A stretch of 64,000 nucleotides of DNA from an uncultured Chloroflexia bacterium (GTDB taxonomy: Bacteria; Chloroflexota; Limnocylindria; Limnocylindrales; CSP1-4): contig OY970218.1 in the NCBI GenBank assembly GCA_963713975.1, positions 1,952,001-2,016,000 on the forward strand, written 5' to 3'. Made by a program: the position numbers and the translations under genes. Below are positions 46,966 to 56,316 of the stretch, piece by piece; position 1 is the stretch's first letter; each line of letters begins with the position of its first letter. Under the pieces are notes generated by a model. That model searched no databases. It was not told the DNA's origin and saw only the letters and a list, made by a program, of their open reading frames with translations.

Positions 46966-49563
46966 ATGTCCGTCGATGCGTCCACCGGGCGTGCGCCCGA
47001 ACCGTTCCGTCCGCTGCCCCCGATGACTGCGAGCGCCGCCCGGACCGAGGCGGAGCGATGTCTCTACTGCCACGATGCGGCGTGCACGCGCGCGTGCCCG
47101 ACGTCCATCGACGTCGCCTCCTTCATCCGCAAGATCGCGACCGACAACCTCGAGGGCAGCGCCCGGACGATCCTGGCCGCCAACCCGCTCGGCGCCACCT
47201 GCGGGGCCGCGTGTCCCGTGGAGCGCCTGTGCGAGGGCGCATGCGTGCGCAACGAGATGGATCACCCGATCGCCATCGGACGCCTGCAGCGCCACGCCGT
47301 GGAGTCGTACGCGGCGGCGGGGCACGCGTTCTTCGTGCCCGGCGATGAGGCCGGTGTGAGTGCCGCGATCATCGGCGCCGGGCCGGCGGGCCTGGCCTGT
47401 GCGGCGGAGCTCCGCAAGGCCGGGGTCGGGGTGACGCTCTACGACGCGAAGCCGCGAGCGGGTGGCCTCGGCGACCATGGCATCGTGCCCTGGCGCCTGC
47501 CGCGGGAACTGGTCGAGCTCGAGGTCGCCGAGATCGAGCGCGCCGGCGCACAGCTCGTGCTGGGCACGACCGTTGGGCGGGACGTGGAGGCCGAGGCGCT
47601 GGTCGCCGGGAACGACGCGGTCGTGCTGGCGGTGGGCCTGGGTCACGGGCGGCGCCTGGGGATCCCCGGCGAGGACCAGGATGGTGTCGTCGACGCGCTG
47701 ACGCTCATCGGGCAGGCCATCGATGGTGAGGCGCCGGACACCCTGTCCGGCCGGCGTGTGGGCGTGATCGGCGGTGGCAGCACGGCGTTCGATGCCGCGG
47801 CCGCGGCGGTGCGGCTGGGTGCGTCCGAGGTGACCCTGTTCTACCGGCGGAGCGCCGCCGAGAGCCCGGCCTATCCGCACGCCATCGCCCTGGCTCGATC
47901 GCTGGGCGTCGTGGTTCGCTGGCTGGCCTCACCCGTGGAGATCCTGGGTGACGGCCGCGTCTGCGGGGCGACGTTCGAGACGATGACGCTTGGCGAGCCG
48001 GATGCGTCGGGCCGCCGCCGGCCCATTCCGGTCGAGGGATCCAGGCTCGAGGTCGCGCTGGACGTCGTCGTCCGGGCGGTCGGCCAGGATGGTCCCGCGG
48101 CGATGAGCGGCCTGCTCGCGTCGCTCGACGTGGTCGTCCGCGACGGGGTCGCGGCCGCCGATCCGGCCACCGGCCGGACCTCGAACGCCAAGATCTGGGC
48201 GATCGGCGACATCACCAGCGGTGGCGCGGAGGTCGTCAACGCGGTCCAGGCCGGCAAGCTGGCCGCCCGCTCGATCGTGGACGCGCTCGGCCTCGGCGGG
48301 TCGCGCATCGTTCCGGTCAACCCGGCCAACGCCACCGTCCCGGGCGTGGACCTGTTCACGGACATGGCCGGCATCCGCAGCCCGAACCCTTTCTGGCTGG
48401 CCAGCTGCCCGATCAGCAACAACGCCGAGATGGTCATGCGGGCATTCGACGAGGGCTGGGGCGGCGCCGTCTGGAAGACCGTCGGCGAGCCGATCCGCAA
48501 CGTCACGGCCCGGCTCGGCACCTTCGACTACCACGGCCGCAGGGTGGTCGGCATCAACAATATCGAGCTCATCAGCGACCGCCCGACCGACGTCAACATC
48601 GCGGAGATCCGGGAGGTCAAGAAGCGCTATCCCAACAACGCCGTCGTGATCAGCCTCATGGTCGAGGCGAAGCGTGAGGCGTGGCACGAGATCCTGGCCA
48701 AGTGCAACGACACGGGCGCCGATGGCTACGAGCTCAACTTCGGCTGTCCCCACGGGATGAGCGAGCGCGGCATGGGCGCGGCCGTCGGGCAGGTTCCCGA
48801 CTACGTCCAGATGATCACCGAGTGGGTGATGGAGAAGGCCGAGATGCCCGTCTTGGTCAAGCTCACGCCCAACGTCACCGACATCCGCTTCCCGGCGAGG
48901 GCGGCTCGAGCGGCCAACGCCGACGGAGTGGCCCTGATCAACACGATCAGCTCGCTGGTGGGCATCAACCTCGACAGCTGGGCGCCGCTGCCCGACGTCC
49001 GGGGCAAGGGATCGCACGGCGGCTACGCCGGTCCGGCGGTCAAGCCCATCGCGCTCAACATGGTCTCCCAGGTGGCAGCCGACCCCGAGGTCCGGCTCCC
49101 GGTCTCGGGGATCGGTGGCATCGAGACCTGGCGTGATGCCGTGGACTTCCTCCTGGTGGGTGCGACGACCGTGCAAGTCGGCACCAGCGTCATGCACTAC
49201 GGGTTCCGGTTGATCGACGACCTGGTGGACGGCCTCTCGACGTACCTCCGCGCGAAGGGCCTCCACAGCCCGTCGGAGCTCGTTGGCAAGGCGCTGCCGA
49301 CGATCACCGACTGGGGGCACCTGGACCAGGAGTTCCGGCTGCTCGCGAAGATCGACCAGGATCTCTGCGTCCACTGCAACCTGTGCTACACGGCCTGCAA
49401 CGACGGTGCCCACCAGGCGATCCGCTTCGAGGATGCCGGCGGGACGACGCGGCTGATGGTCGAGGACGACTACTGCGTCGGCTGCAAGCTCTGCCAGTAC
49501 GTGTGCCCGGTCGAGGACTGCATCACGTTCGAGGAGCTGGAGGGCGCCGCCTCCATCCACTGA
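46966..49563 (+). CDS. preTA: Dihydropyrimidine dehydrogenase, fused PreT-PreA (PydX-PydA) single chain
   Basis: N-terminal half: CLYC...C..CP Fe-S, IGAGPAG, IGGGSTAFD. C-terminal half: NPFWLAS, GWGGAVWKT, NNIELIS, ELNFGCPHGM, KLTPN, two CxxCxxCxxxC; no internal stop. Confidence 0.9.
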   Translation: MSVDASTGRAPEPFRPLPPMTASAARTEAERCLYCHDAACTRACPTSIDVASFIRKIATDNLEGSARTILAANPLGATCGAACPVERLCEGACVRNEMDHPIAIGRLQRHAVESYAAAGHAFFVPGDEAGVSAAIIGAGPAGLACAAELRKAGVGVTLYDAKPRAGGLGDHGIVPWRLPRELVELEVAEIERAGAQLVLGTTVGRDVEAEALVAGNDAVVLAVGLGHGRRLGIPGEDQDGVVDALTLIGQAIDGEAPDTLSGRRVGVIGGGSTAFDAAAAAVRLGASEVTLFYRRSAAESPAYPHAIALARSLGVVVRWLASPVEILGDGRVCGATFETMTLGEPDASGRRRPIPVEGSRLEVALDVVVRAVGQDGPAAMSGLLASLDVVVRDGVAAADPATGRTSNAKIWAIGDITSGGAEVVNAVQAGKLAARSIVDALGLGGSRIVPVNPANATVPGVDLFTDMAGIRSPNPFWLASCPISNNAEMVMRAFDEGWGGAVWKTVGEPIRNVTARLGTFDYHGRRVVGINNIELISDRPTDVNIAEIREVKKRYPNNAVVISLMVEAKREAWHEILAKCNDTGADGYELNFGCPHGMSERGMGAAVGQVPDYVQMITEWVMEKAEMPVLVKLTPNVTDIRFPARAARAANADGVALINTISSLVGINLDSWAPLPDVRGKGSHGGYAGPAVKPIALNMVSQVAADPEVRLPVSGIGGIETWRDAVDFLLVGATTVQVGTSVMHYGFRLIDDLVDGLSTYLRAKGLHSPSELVGKALPTITDWGHLDQEFRLLAKIDQDLCVHCNLCYTACNDGAHQAIRFEDAGGTTRLMVEDDYCVGCKLCQYVCPVEDCITFEELEGAASIH

Positions 49564-49775
49564 GCGGGCGATGGGGGGCGCCCCGGGTCACGGCTTGCCG
49601 CAACGTTGCAGGCGATTGCGATGCGTCCTGCACGGTCCGGACCTTGGTCCGGCGGGCCGCGGATGACATTCTCAGCACGCCATCCCAACCGGTTGGCGCG
49701 GGCCGGCTGCCGTTACCCCGAGCGGCGGCCGGCCTTCTGCGTTGCATTGTCGATGCAGGGCGTGGGTCCGATGGA

Positions 49776-50006
49776 CTAGCGGCGCGTCAGCTCGCGGATG
49801 TTGTCCAGGAGGATAAACACACCCAGGGCGCCCAGGCTCAGGAGCACCAGCTCCCGCGCGTAGTAGGAGCCGAGCAGCACCGCCGACACGACCGCGAGCC
49901 CCACCGTGACCCGGAGCAGGAGCGTCTCGACGTTGCGCTGGGCGAACGACTCGATCGCCAGGTAGCCGACCACCAGCAGCGCCACGGTGGGTCCGACCTT
50001 CAACAC
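49776..50006 (-). CDS. Small membrane protein
   Basis: 76 aa, three hydrophobic segments; follows the DAGK gene on the same strand. Confidence 0.6.
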   Translation of the reverse strand: MLKVGPTVALLVVGYLAIESFAQRNVETLLLRVTVGLAVVSAVLLGSYYARELVLLSLGALGVFILLDNIRELTRR

Positions 50007-50030
50007 CTGGAGCCGGCCGCCGCGGCCGAG

Positions 50031-50999
50031 TCACCGGCCGTGGGGGCGGGACGCGGGCCGGATGACGGCCAGTGCGCCGGGGAGGAGCGTCGCATCGAGC
50101 GTCGCGGGCGGGAACGCGTCGCCGTCGACCTGGATCGGGCCTGCGGGGGCCACCTCGACCTGCACGGAGGTTCCTGCAAGGCGGATCGCCGCCCCCGAGG
50201 GTGAGATACCCGCGGCCTCGGCCGTCATCAGCTCCAGCACCCCCCGGATGCCGCCGACGATCCCGCCCCTGGGCAGCACGAAGACATGGAGCCTGCCGTC
50301 GTCCGGCTCGATGGGCAGGCGGGGGCGCAGGACTCCCGGGATCGGCTCGCCGCAGTTGGCGACCAGGACGACCACGGATTCGAGCTCGGTGCGCACGCCG
50401 TCGACGGTGAGGATGGTCGGCTGCGGCGCGAGGTGTCCGAGCAGGCGGCTGGCCGACAGGAAGTAGGCCGCGACCCCGTAGCGGCGCTTCGACTCCCGCG
50501 ACGTCGCCGCGATGAGCCTCGCGTCAAGCCCGGTGCCGCAGGCGGCCACGAACGCCATCGGCTCCTCCGCCGAAGCCGTCGCGCCAGCGAGTGCCGACGA
50601 CGCTGCGAGCCGGACCACGCCCAGGTCGTGTGGAGCGGGCCTGCCGGTCCGGATCGCGGCCACCGCGTCGTCGAGGCCCCGGGGTATCCCGATCGCGGTG
50701 GCGTACAGGTTGCCCGTGCCGCACGGGACGATCCCGATTGCGATCCCCGTGCTGGCGAGCGGCGCCGAGGCGTCGCGCACCGTCCCGTCACCGCCGGCCA
50801 GCACCACGAGCCCGCAGCCGGCCCGGACCGCCGCCTCGCTCGCGGCCCGGATCGTTGCCGGATCGCCCGCCTCCATGACCTCGACCTCGCTGGCGCCACG
50901 GTCCCTCATGGCGGCGACGGCGGCGCTCGTGACCCGGGCACGGACCCGTGCGTCCCGGACCCGTGAGGCGAAGGGGCTGACGATCAGGGTGGCGAGCAT
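50031..50999 (-). CDS. Diacylglycerol kinase family lipid kinase (YegS/DgkB-like)
   Basis: AGGDGT, IVPCGTGN, GTGLDA, YGVAAY, DDGRL, QVDGD. Confidence 0.85.
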   Translation of the reverse strand: MLATLIVSPFASRVRDARVRARVTSAAVAAMRDRGASEVEVMEAGDPATIRAASEAAVRAGCGLVVLAGGDGTVRDASAPLASTGIAIGIVPCGTGNLYATAIGIPRGLDDAVAAIRTGRPAPHDLGVVRLAASSALAGATASAEEPMAFVAACGTGLDARLIAATSRESKRRYGVAAYFLSASRLLGHLAPQPTILTVDGVRTELESVVVLVANCGEPIPGVLRPRLPIEPDDGRLHVFVLPRGGIVGGIRGVLELMTAEAAGISPSGAAIRLAGTSVQVEVAPAGPIQVDGDAFPPATLDATLLPGALAVIRPASRPHGR

Positions 51000-51006
51000 G
51001 GCGCCG

Positions 51007-52440
51007 TCAGCGGCCCCCGCCCTGCAGGCGTCGGACGAGCAGCGCCACCGCCAGCCGGCGCCGTGATGCGTCGTCCAGCGGCCCGCCCAGCAGGGTCTCG
51101 ACCTTCTCCAGCCGGTAGGCGACCGTCCGGTTGGCGAGATGGAGGCGGCGCGCGGTCTCGCGCATGTTCTCGCCGGCGTCGAAGTACACCTGCAGCGTCT
51201 CCACCAGCTCCGGGCCCAGGCGCTCGTCCGCGAGGAGCGGCCCCAGCTCATGCTCGATGGCGGCCTCGCCCAGGTCCCGCTGGGCCAGCAGCAGGCGCTC
51301 GACGGCCAGGTGCCCGGGATCCGGGACCCATCCCCGCAGGCCCACGTCCTCCGCCGTCCGCGTGGCATCGATGAGGTCGGCGAGGGTGTCGGCCAGCTGC
51401 TCGACGGCATCGATGACCGGGGATCCGACGGCGACCCACGCCGAGGGACCGGTCTCCGTGGCGCCGCCACCGGCGGCCCTGACCGCCGAACGGCCACCAA
51501 GGACGTTGTCCAGGGCACGGGTGATCCGGCCCGGGCTGGGATGGTCGGCCCGGGCCAGGATCACGATCCGGCCGCGCATCGGCAGGACGACCGGCAGCCG
51601 GATGCCCGCCCCGGCCCCCTCCGCGCCTGCCGCGGCGGAACCGAGCAGGTGGCCGATCCGCCCGGCGAGGATCTCCAGGTCGTCCTGGTCGATCCCCGTG
51701 CGATCCGGCGTCGGATCCGCCTCGGGGCGGGGAGCGACGACCACCAGGTGCAGCGAGGAGTCGGGATCCAGGCCGAACCGGACGGCGACCCGCCGCAGCC
51801 TGGCGGTCGTGAGGGCGTCCGCGGGGATGACGCCCAGGATCTCCTGGAGCGCACCGCGACGGGCCTGCGCGTCGCGGGCGAGGATGTCGCGCTCCTCGGT
51901 GCGATAGCCGTCGGTCACGACGAGCGTCGTCACCTCGGTCCACATGAAGATCCAGCGGCCGAGCTCGCCGAGGTCGGCGCCGCCGAGCCGGCCCGCCCGC
52001 GCCGCATCAACGCAGTGGCCCCAGATGAGACGGCGGGTCGCCGCGAGGCGCGCGAGGTACAGGGCGAGACGCCTGCCGGACCGCGCGGCGACGGCGCCGG
52101 CCGCGCGCTGGATCGCGATCGCCGCCGCGACATCCAGCGCGTCGCGATCAGCCAGACGCGTCGCCTCGGCGAGCAGGCCATCGAGGGATGATGCGTTCCC
52201 CCTCCGTTCACGGCGGCGCAGGTCCGCCGGCCGCCCGGCCTGGGTGCGCTCGACGTCGAGCACGGCCCGGAGGTCGTCGAGCGACGCCGACACCGATCCG
52301 ACCAGCAGCGTGATCATCACGCTCGGCCGCACCTCGTCCACGGCCTCGTCCAGCTCGGCCGCGACGGTCACCGCGAGGATGTCGCCTTCGGGCAGCACCT
52401 CACGCAACGTGGCCCACCACGAGCGGGCGTCGGACTCCAT
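51007..52440 (-). CDS. PucR/CdaR family transcriptional regulator
   Basis: C-terminal LVETL..YFD..ENMRETARRLHLANRTVAYRLEKVETLLG HTH; GGAGG RBS. Confidence 0.85.
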   Translation of the reverse strand: MESDARSWWATLREVLPEGDILAVTVAAELDEAVDEVRPSVMITLLVGSVSASLDDLRAVLDVERTQAGRPADLRRRERRGNASSLDGLLAEATRLADRDALDVAAAIAIQRAAGAVAARSGRRLALYLARLAATRRLIWGHCVDAARAGRLGGADLGELGRWIFMWTEVTTLVVTDGYRTEERDILARDAQARRGALQEILGVIPADALTTARLRRVAVRFGLDPDSSLHLVVVAPRPEADPTPDRTGIDQDDLEILAGRIGHLLGSAAAGAEGAGAGIRLPVVLPMRGRIVILARADHPSPGRITRALDNVLGGRSAVRAAGGGATETGPSAWVAVGSPVIDAVEQLADTLADLIDATRTAEDVGLRGWVPDPGHLAVERLLLAQRDLGEAAIEHELGPLLADERLGPELVETLQVYFDAGENMRETARRLHLANRTVAYRLEKVETLLGGPLDDASRRRLAVALLVRRLQGGGR

Positions 52441-52631
52441 GTCCGGTTCCTCCGTCGCCGCTCCACATGCGCCGGCTGTCCCAGCCCGGGTGCCGGGAGG
52501 TCGCGCCGGCCGATCACGGTCGAGTTGCAACTATCGAACAGCCATTGCTGGATGGCAAGCGTCAGCCGCGGTTCCAGCCGCCGGCGTCTGTGTGCTTCGA
52601 CTGCCGCGGTGCCGCAACCGGCCCAACGGGC

Positions 52632-53945
52632 TCAGGCGTTCGCGACCTCGTCCCGGAATGCACGAACGTCCTCGAGGCGACGGCGGAGCGCGTTGAGGAA
52701 CCGGGCGCCCATCTCTCCATCGACGATGCGGTGGTCGGCCGACAGGGTCAGCTTCATGACCTGCCGGATTCCGATGCCGCCATCGACGGCGACCGGGGTC
52801 GCCACGGCCGACGAGACCGCGAGGATCGCGGCCTCACCGGGATTGATGATCGCGCTGAACTCATCGACGCCGAACATGCCCAGGTTGCTCACCGTGAAGG
52901 TGGAACCGACGAGGTCGTCCACCGCGACGGTGCCCTCGCGGGCAGCGGCGGCCAGCGCCCCGACGCGGTCGTGCAGCTCGACGATCGTCATCCGATCGGC
53001 GTCGCGGACGACCGGCACGACGAGGCCAGCGGGAACGGAGACCGCGACGCCCAGGTGGACGCGGCGTCGGGGGAAGACCTGCTCGCCATCGGTCCGGGAG
53101 TTGACGTCCGGGAACTCCGCGAGGGTCTGGGCGGTGGCGGCGAGCACGAAGTCCGTGACGGTGAGGGCGTGACCCTCCGCCTTGAGCTCCGCGCGCAGGG
53201 CCATCACCCTGGTGACGTCCACGGCGACGGTCACCGTGAAATGGGGGGTCGTCTGCCAGCTGTTGGTCAGCCGCGCAGCGATGGTGCGGCGCATGCGGCT
53301 CAGCGGCCTGGGTTCCTCCTCGCCCTCGGCGGGGGGCACGGCGATCGGGGCGACGGGCGCCGCGACCGATCCGGCCGAAGGGGATGCCGTCGGCGCCGGG
53401 GCAGGTGCCGTGGCGGCGGCGTCCACCGCCGCCTGCACATCCCGCTCCACGATCCGACCGCCGGGACCGGTCCCGGTCAGGGTTCGGGGATCGAGTCCGG
53501 CCGTGGCCGCGAGCCGGCTGGCCCTGGGGCTGATCCTGAGCTTCTGGCCGTCCGCGACGGGAGCAGCCGGGGTGGACGATGCCGCCGCCGCAGGCGCTGC
53601 GGCGGTCGGCGTGGCGCCTGCGGCCACCGGAGTCGGCCGGGCCGCTGCAGCCTCGGCCGCCGGGACGAGCGCTGGCGCCGGTTCTGGCGCCTCGGGGACG
53701 GCCTCGCCGGCCTCGCCGATCCAGCCGCACACGGCGTTCACGGGTGCCGTCTCGCCGTCGGCAACGAGCTTGGCGAGGAGGACGCCCTCTTCGAAGGTCT
53801 CGACCTCCATCGCGCTCTTGTCGGTCTCGATCTCGAACAGGACGTCGCCGCGGTGGACCGGGTCGCCCACCTCAATGCGCCAGAGGGTGAGGACGCACTC
53901 CTCGGTCATCTGGCCGGGTTTCGGCATCAGGATCGGATGGGCCAT
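52632..53945 (-). CDS. Dihydrolipoamide acyltransferase E2 (PdhC/AcoC-like)
   Basis: Lipoyl ETDKSAME, binding domain SPRA..LA...GTGPGGRI, catalytic SNLGMFG, INPGE, DHRIVDG. Confidence 0.92.
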   Translation of the reverse strand: MAHPILMPKPGQMTEECVLTLWRIEVGDPVHRGDVLFEIETDKSAMEVETFEEGVLLAKLVADGETAPVNAVCGWIGEAGEAVPEAPEPAPALVPAAEAAAARPTPVAAGATPTAAAPAAAASSTPAAPVADGQKLRISPRASRLAATAGLDPRTLTGTGPGGRIVERDVQAAVDAAATAPAPAPTASPSAGSVAAPVAPIAVPPAEGEEEPRPLSRMRRTIAARLTNSWQTTPHFTVTVAVDVTRVMALRAELKAEGHALTVTDFVLAATAQTLAEFPDVNSRTDGEQVFPRRRVHLGVAVSVPAGLVVPVVRDADRMTIVELHDRVGALAAAAREGTVAVDDLVGSTFTVSNLGMFGVDEFSAIINPGEAAILAVSSAVATPVAVDGGIGIRQVMKLTLSADHRIVDGEMGARFLNALRRRLEDVRAFRDEVANA

Positions 53946-53988
53946 CGGTCTTGTTCCTCGGCGCTCGATGCTGCTTGACGGAGTCGGA

Positions 53989-56295
53989 TCAGATCAGGGC
54001 GGCCACGGCGGCGACGATGTCGCCGGTGTTCGGCAGGAAGGCCTGCTCGAGGCCCTCGGCCTGGGGGCTGATGCCCGCTGCCGCGCCGATCCGCCCCACG
54101 GGTCCATCGAGGTCGTCGAAGGCCTCGATCTGGATGCGGGCGACGATCTCGTTGACGAAGCTGCCGGTCAGGACGGCCTGGGCGGCGACAACGGCCCGGC
54201 CCGTCTTGCGGACGGAGGCGAGGATGGTGTCCATGTCCAGCGGGACCAGGCTGCGCAGGTCGATGACCTCGGTCGAAACACCGTGCTCGGTGGCCAGCAC
54301 GTCCGCCGCGGCGAGCGCGTCCGGCACGGCCGGGCCCCAGGCGACGATCGTGGCGTCCGTGCCCTCGCGCGCGACGCGAGCCTTGCCGATCTCGACCGTG
54401 TACTCCTCCTCGGGCACCTCGCCCTTGGTTGCGTAGAGGCCCTGGCTCTCGACGAACACGACCGGGTTGTTGGTCCGGATCGCGCTCTTGAGCAGGCCCT
54501 TGGCGTCCGCGGCCGTGGCCGGGTAGACGACCCACAGTCCCGGGATGTGGGTGAACAGGGATTCCAGGCTCTGCGAGTGCTGGCCGCCGTAGCCCTTGCC
54601 GGCGCCGACGGAGCAGCGGATGACGACCGGGACCTCCACCTGGCCGCCCGACATGTAGTGCCACTTGGCGGCCTGGTTCGCGATCTGGTCGGAGGACATC
54701 AGCGCGAAGTCCATGTACATCAGCTCGACCACCGGCCGCAGGCCGGCGATGCCCGCCCCGACGGCGGTTCCGCAGATGCACGCCTCGGAGATCGGGGTGT
54801 TGAACACCCGGTCCCGCCCGAAGGCCTCGACCAGGCCCTTGGTGAGCTTGAAGGCACCGCCGTAGTCGGCAACGTCCTCGCCGTAGAAGATGACCCGCTT
54901 GTCACGGCGCATCTCCTCCACGAGTGCCTCGCGCAGCGCATCGCGGTACAGGATCCGGCCCTCGGCGTCGCGCTTGGCGACGGGCGGCTCCGCAGCCAGG
55001 ACGACGTCGCCCGCGCCCTCGGGGAGCGTCTCGGACGTGCCGTCGGTGTAGAGCAGGTCGAGCAGCGTGGCGGGATCCGGGTCGGTCGCTGCGGCGGCGC
55101 GGACGGCAGCGCGGGCGTTGCGGTCGGCGACGCCGGCGACGACGGCAGCGACCTCCTCGGCCGTGGCGACGCCGGTCTCGACCAGCTGGCCCTTGAGCCG
55201 CTCGATCGGGTCCGCCGCCTTCCAGGCAGCCTCTTCGTCGCGGGTGCGGTACTCGTTCCGCGGGTCCGAGAGCGAGTGGCCGTAGTAGCGGTAGGTGGAC
55301 GCCTCGATGAGGACCGGGCCCTCGCCGGCCCGGCAGAGCTCCGCGGCCCGGGTGACGGCGTCGCGGACCGCGAGGACGTCCATGCCGTTCACCACCTCGG
55401 CATGCATGTTGTTCGTGGCGAACCCGGCGGCTCGACGCGCGAGATGGGCGATGCCCATCACCTCGTCGTCGGTGCGATGGGTCATGCCGTAGTGGTTGTT
55501 CTGGATGAAGAAGATGATCGGCAGGCCGTAGGGGATGTCCCCGGCCAGGTGGTTGGTCCACTGGTGCTGGGCTGCCCAGTTGAGCGACTCGAGCACCACG
55601 CCGTTGGCGTAAGCCCCGTCGCCCGCGAAGCAGCACACCACCGCGTCGGAGCGTTCGTAGCGGCGGGCCATGGCCGCGCCCGTCGCGATCGGGACCGAGC
55701 CGCCGACGATGGCGTTGGCACCCAGGTTGCCGGTCGAGAAGTCGCCGATGTGCATGCCGCCGCCCCGCCCGCGGCTGTAACCCTCGTCCTTGCCGAAGAG
55801 CTCCGCGATCACCCGGTAGACGTGCTCCTCGAGCGCGGTCTCGAGCAGGACGTCGCGGGTCGCATCGGCGGCCGACCCGGTCCGCGAGCGCAGCTCCTCA
55901 TCGGTCATCTGGCGCAGGGCAGAGAAGCCCTTCGCGATCGCGTCGCCGTGGCCGCGATGGGAGCTGGTCACGTTGTCCGTCACCCGCAGGACGGACGACG
56001 CGCCGACGGCCGATGCCTCCTGTCCGATCGAGACATGCGTCGGGCCCCGGTAGTCGTAGCCGGGGAGGGGCTCGTAGCCGCCTCCGGAGCGCAGCCGGAC
56101 GATCATCTCCTCCATCTCGCGGATGGCCAGCATGTCGTCCAGCAGGCCCAGGGCCTGCACCTTGTCGAGCGCCCCCGACGCCACCTCGCCGGCCAGGTCG
56201 CCGGCATAGGTGAAGCCACGGATCACGCCCAGCGACTCCTCGAACGGCGCGAAGTCGGGGCGGGTGTCGCTGCGGTAGACGGTCTCGGTAGTCAT
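53989..56295 (-). CDS. 2-oxoacid/acetoin dehydrogenase E1, fused alpha-beta
   Basis: Alpha: HVSIGQEA, HRGHG, GDGA...NNHYG, YRYYGHS. Beta: YGEDV, NTPISE, DQIANQAAK, QHSQS, IDLRSL. Confidence 0.9.
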   Translation of the reverse strand: MTTETVYRSDTRPDFAPFEESLGVIRGFTYAGDLAGEVASGALDKVQALGLLDDMLAIREMEEMIVRLRSGGGYEPLPGYDYRGPTHVSIGQEASAVGASSVLRVTDNVTSSHRGHGDAIAKGFSALRQMTDEELRSRTGSAADATRDVLLETALEEHVYRVIAELFGKDEGYSRGRGGGMHIGDFSTGNLGANAIVGGSVPIATGAAMARRYERSDAVVCCFAGDGAYANGVVLESLNWAAQHQWTNHLAGDIPYGLPIIFFIQNNHYGMTHRTDDEVMGIAHLARRAAGFATNNMHAEVVNGMDVLAVRDAVTRAAELCRAGEGPVLIEASTYRYYGHSLSDPRNEYRTRDEEAAWKAADPIERLKGQLVETGVATAEEVAAVVAGVADRNARAAVRAAAATDPDPATLLDLLYTDGTSETLPEGAGDVVLAAEPPVAKRDAEGRILYRDALREALVEEMRRDKRVIFYGEDVADYGGAFKLTKGLVEAFGRDRVFNTPISEACICGTAVGAGIAGLRPVVELMYMDFALMSSDQIANQAAKWHYMSGGQVEVPVVIRCSVGAGKGYGGQHSQSLESLFTHIPGLWVVYPATAADAKGLLKSAIRTNNPVVFVESQGLYATKGEVPEEEYTVEIGKARVAREGTDATIVAWGPAVPDALAAADVLATEHGVSTEVIDLRSLVPLDMDTILASVRKTGRAVVAAQAVLTGSFVNEIVARIQIEAFDDLDGPVGRIGAAAGISPQAEGLEQAFLPNTGDIVAAVAALI

Positions 56296-56316
56296 CGGCT
56301 GGGCTCCTGGAACTGG

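Noticed and set aside
46810-47880. N-terminal extension on mtnA (693-aa ORF)
   Set aside because: Antisense to the DPD gene; MtnA homology begins at GTG 46809.
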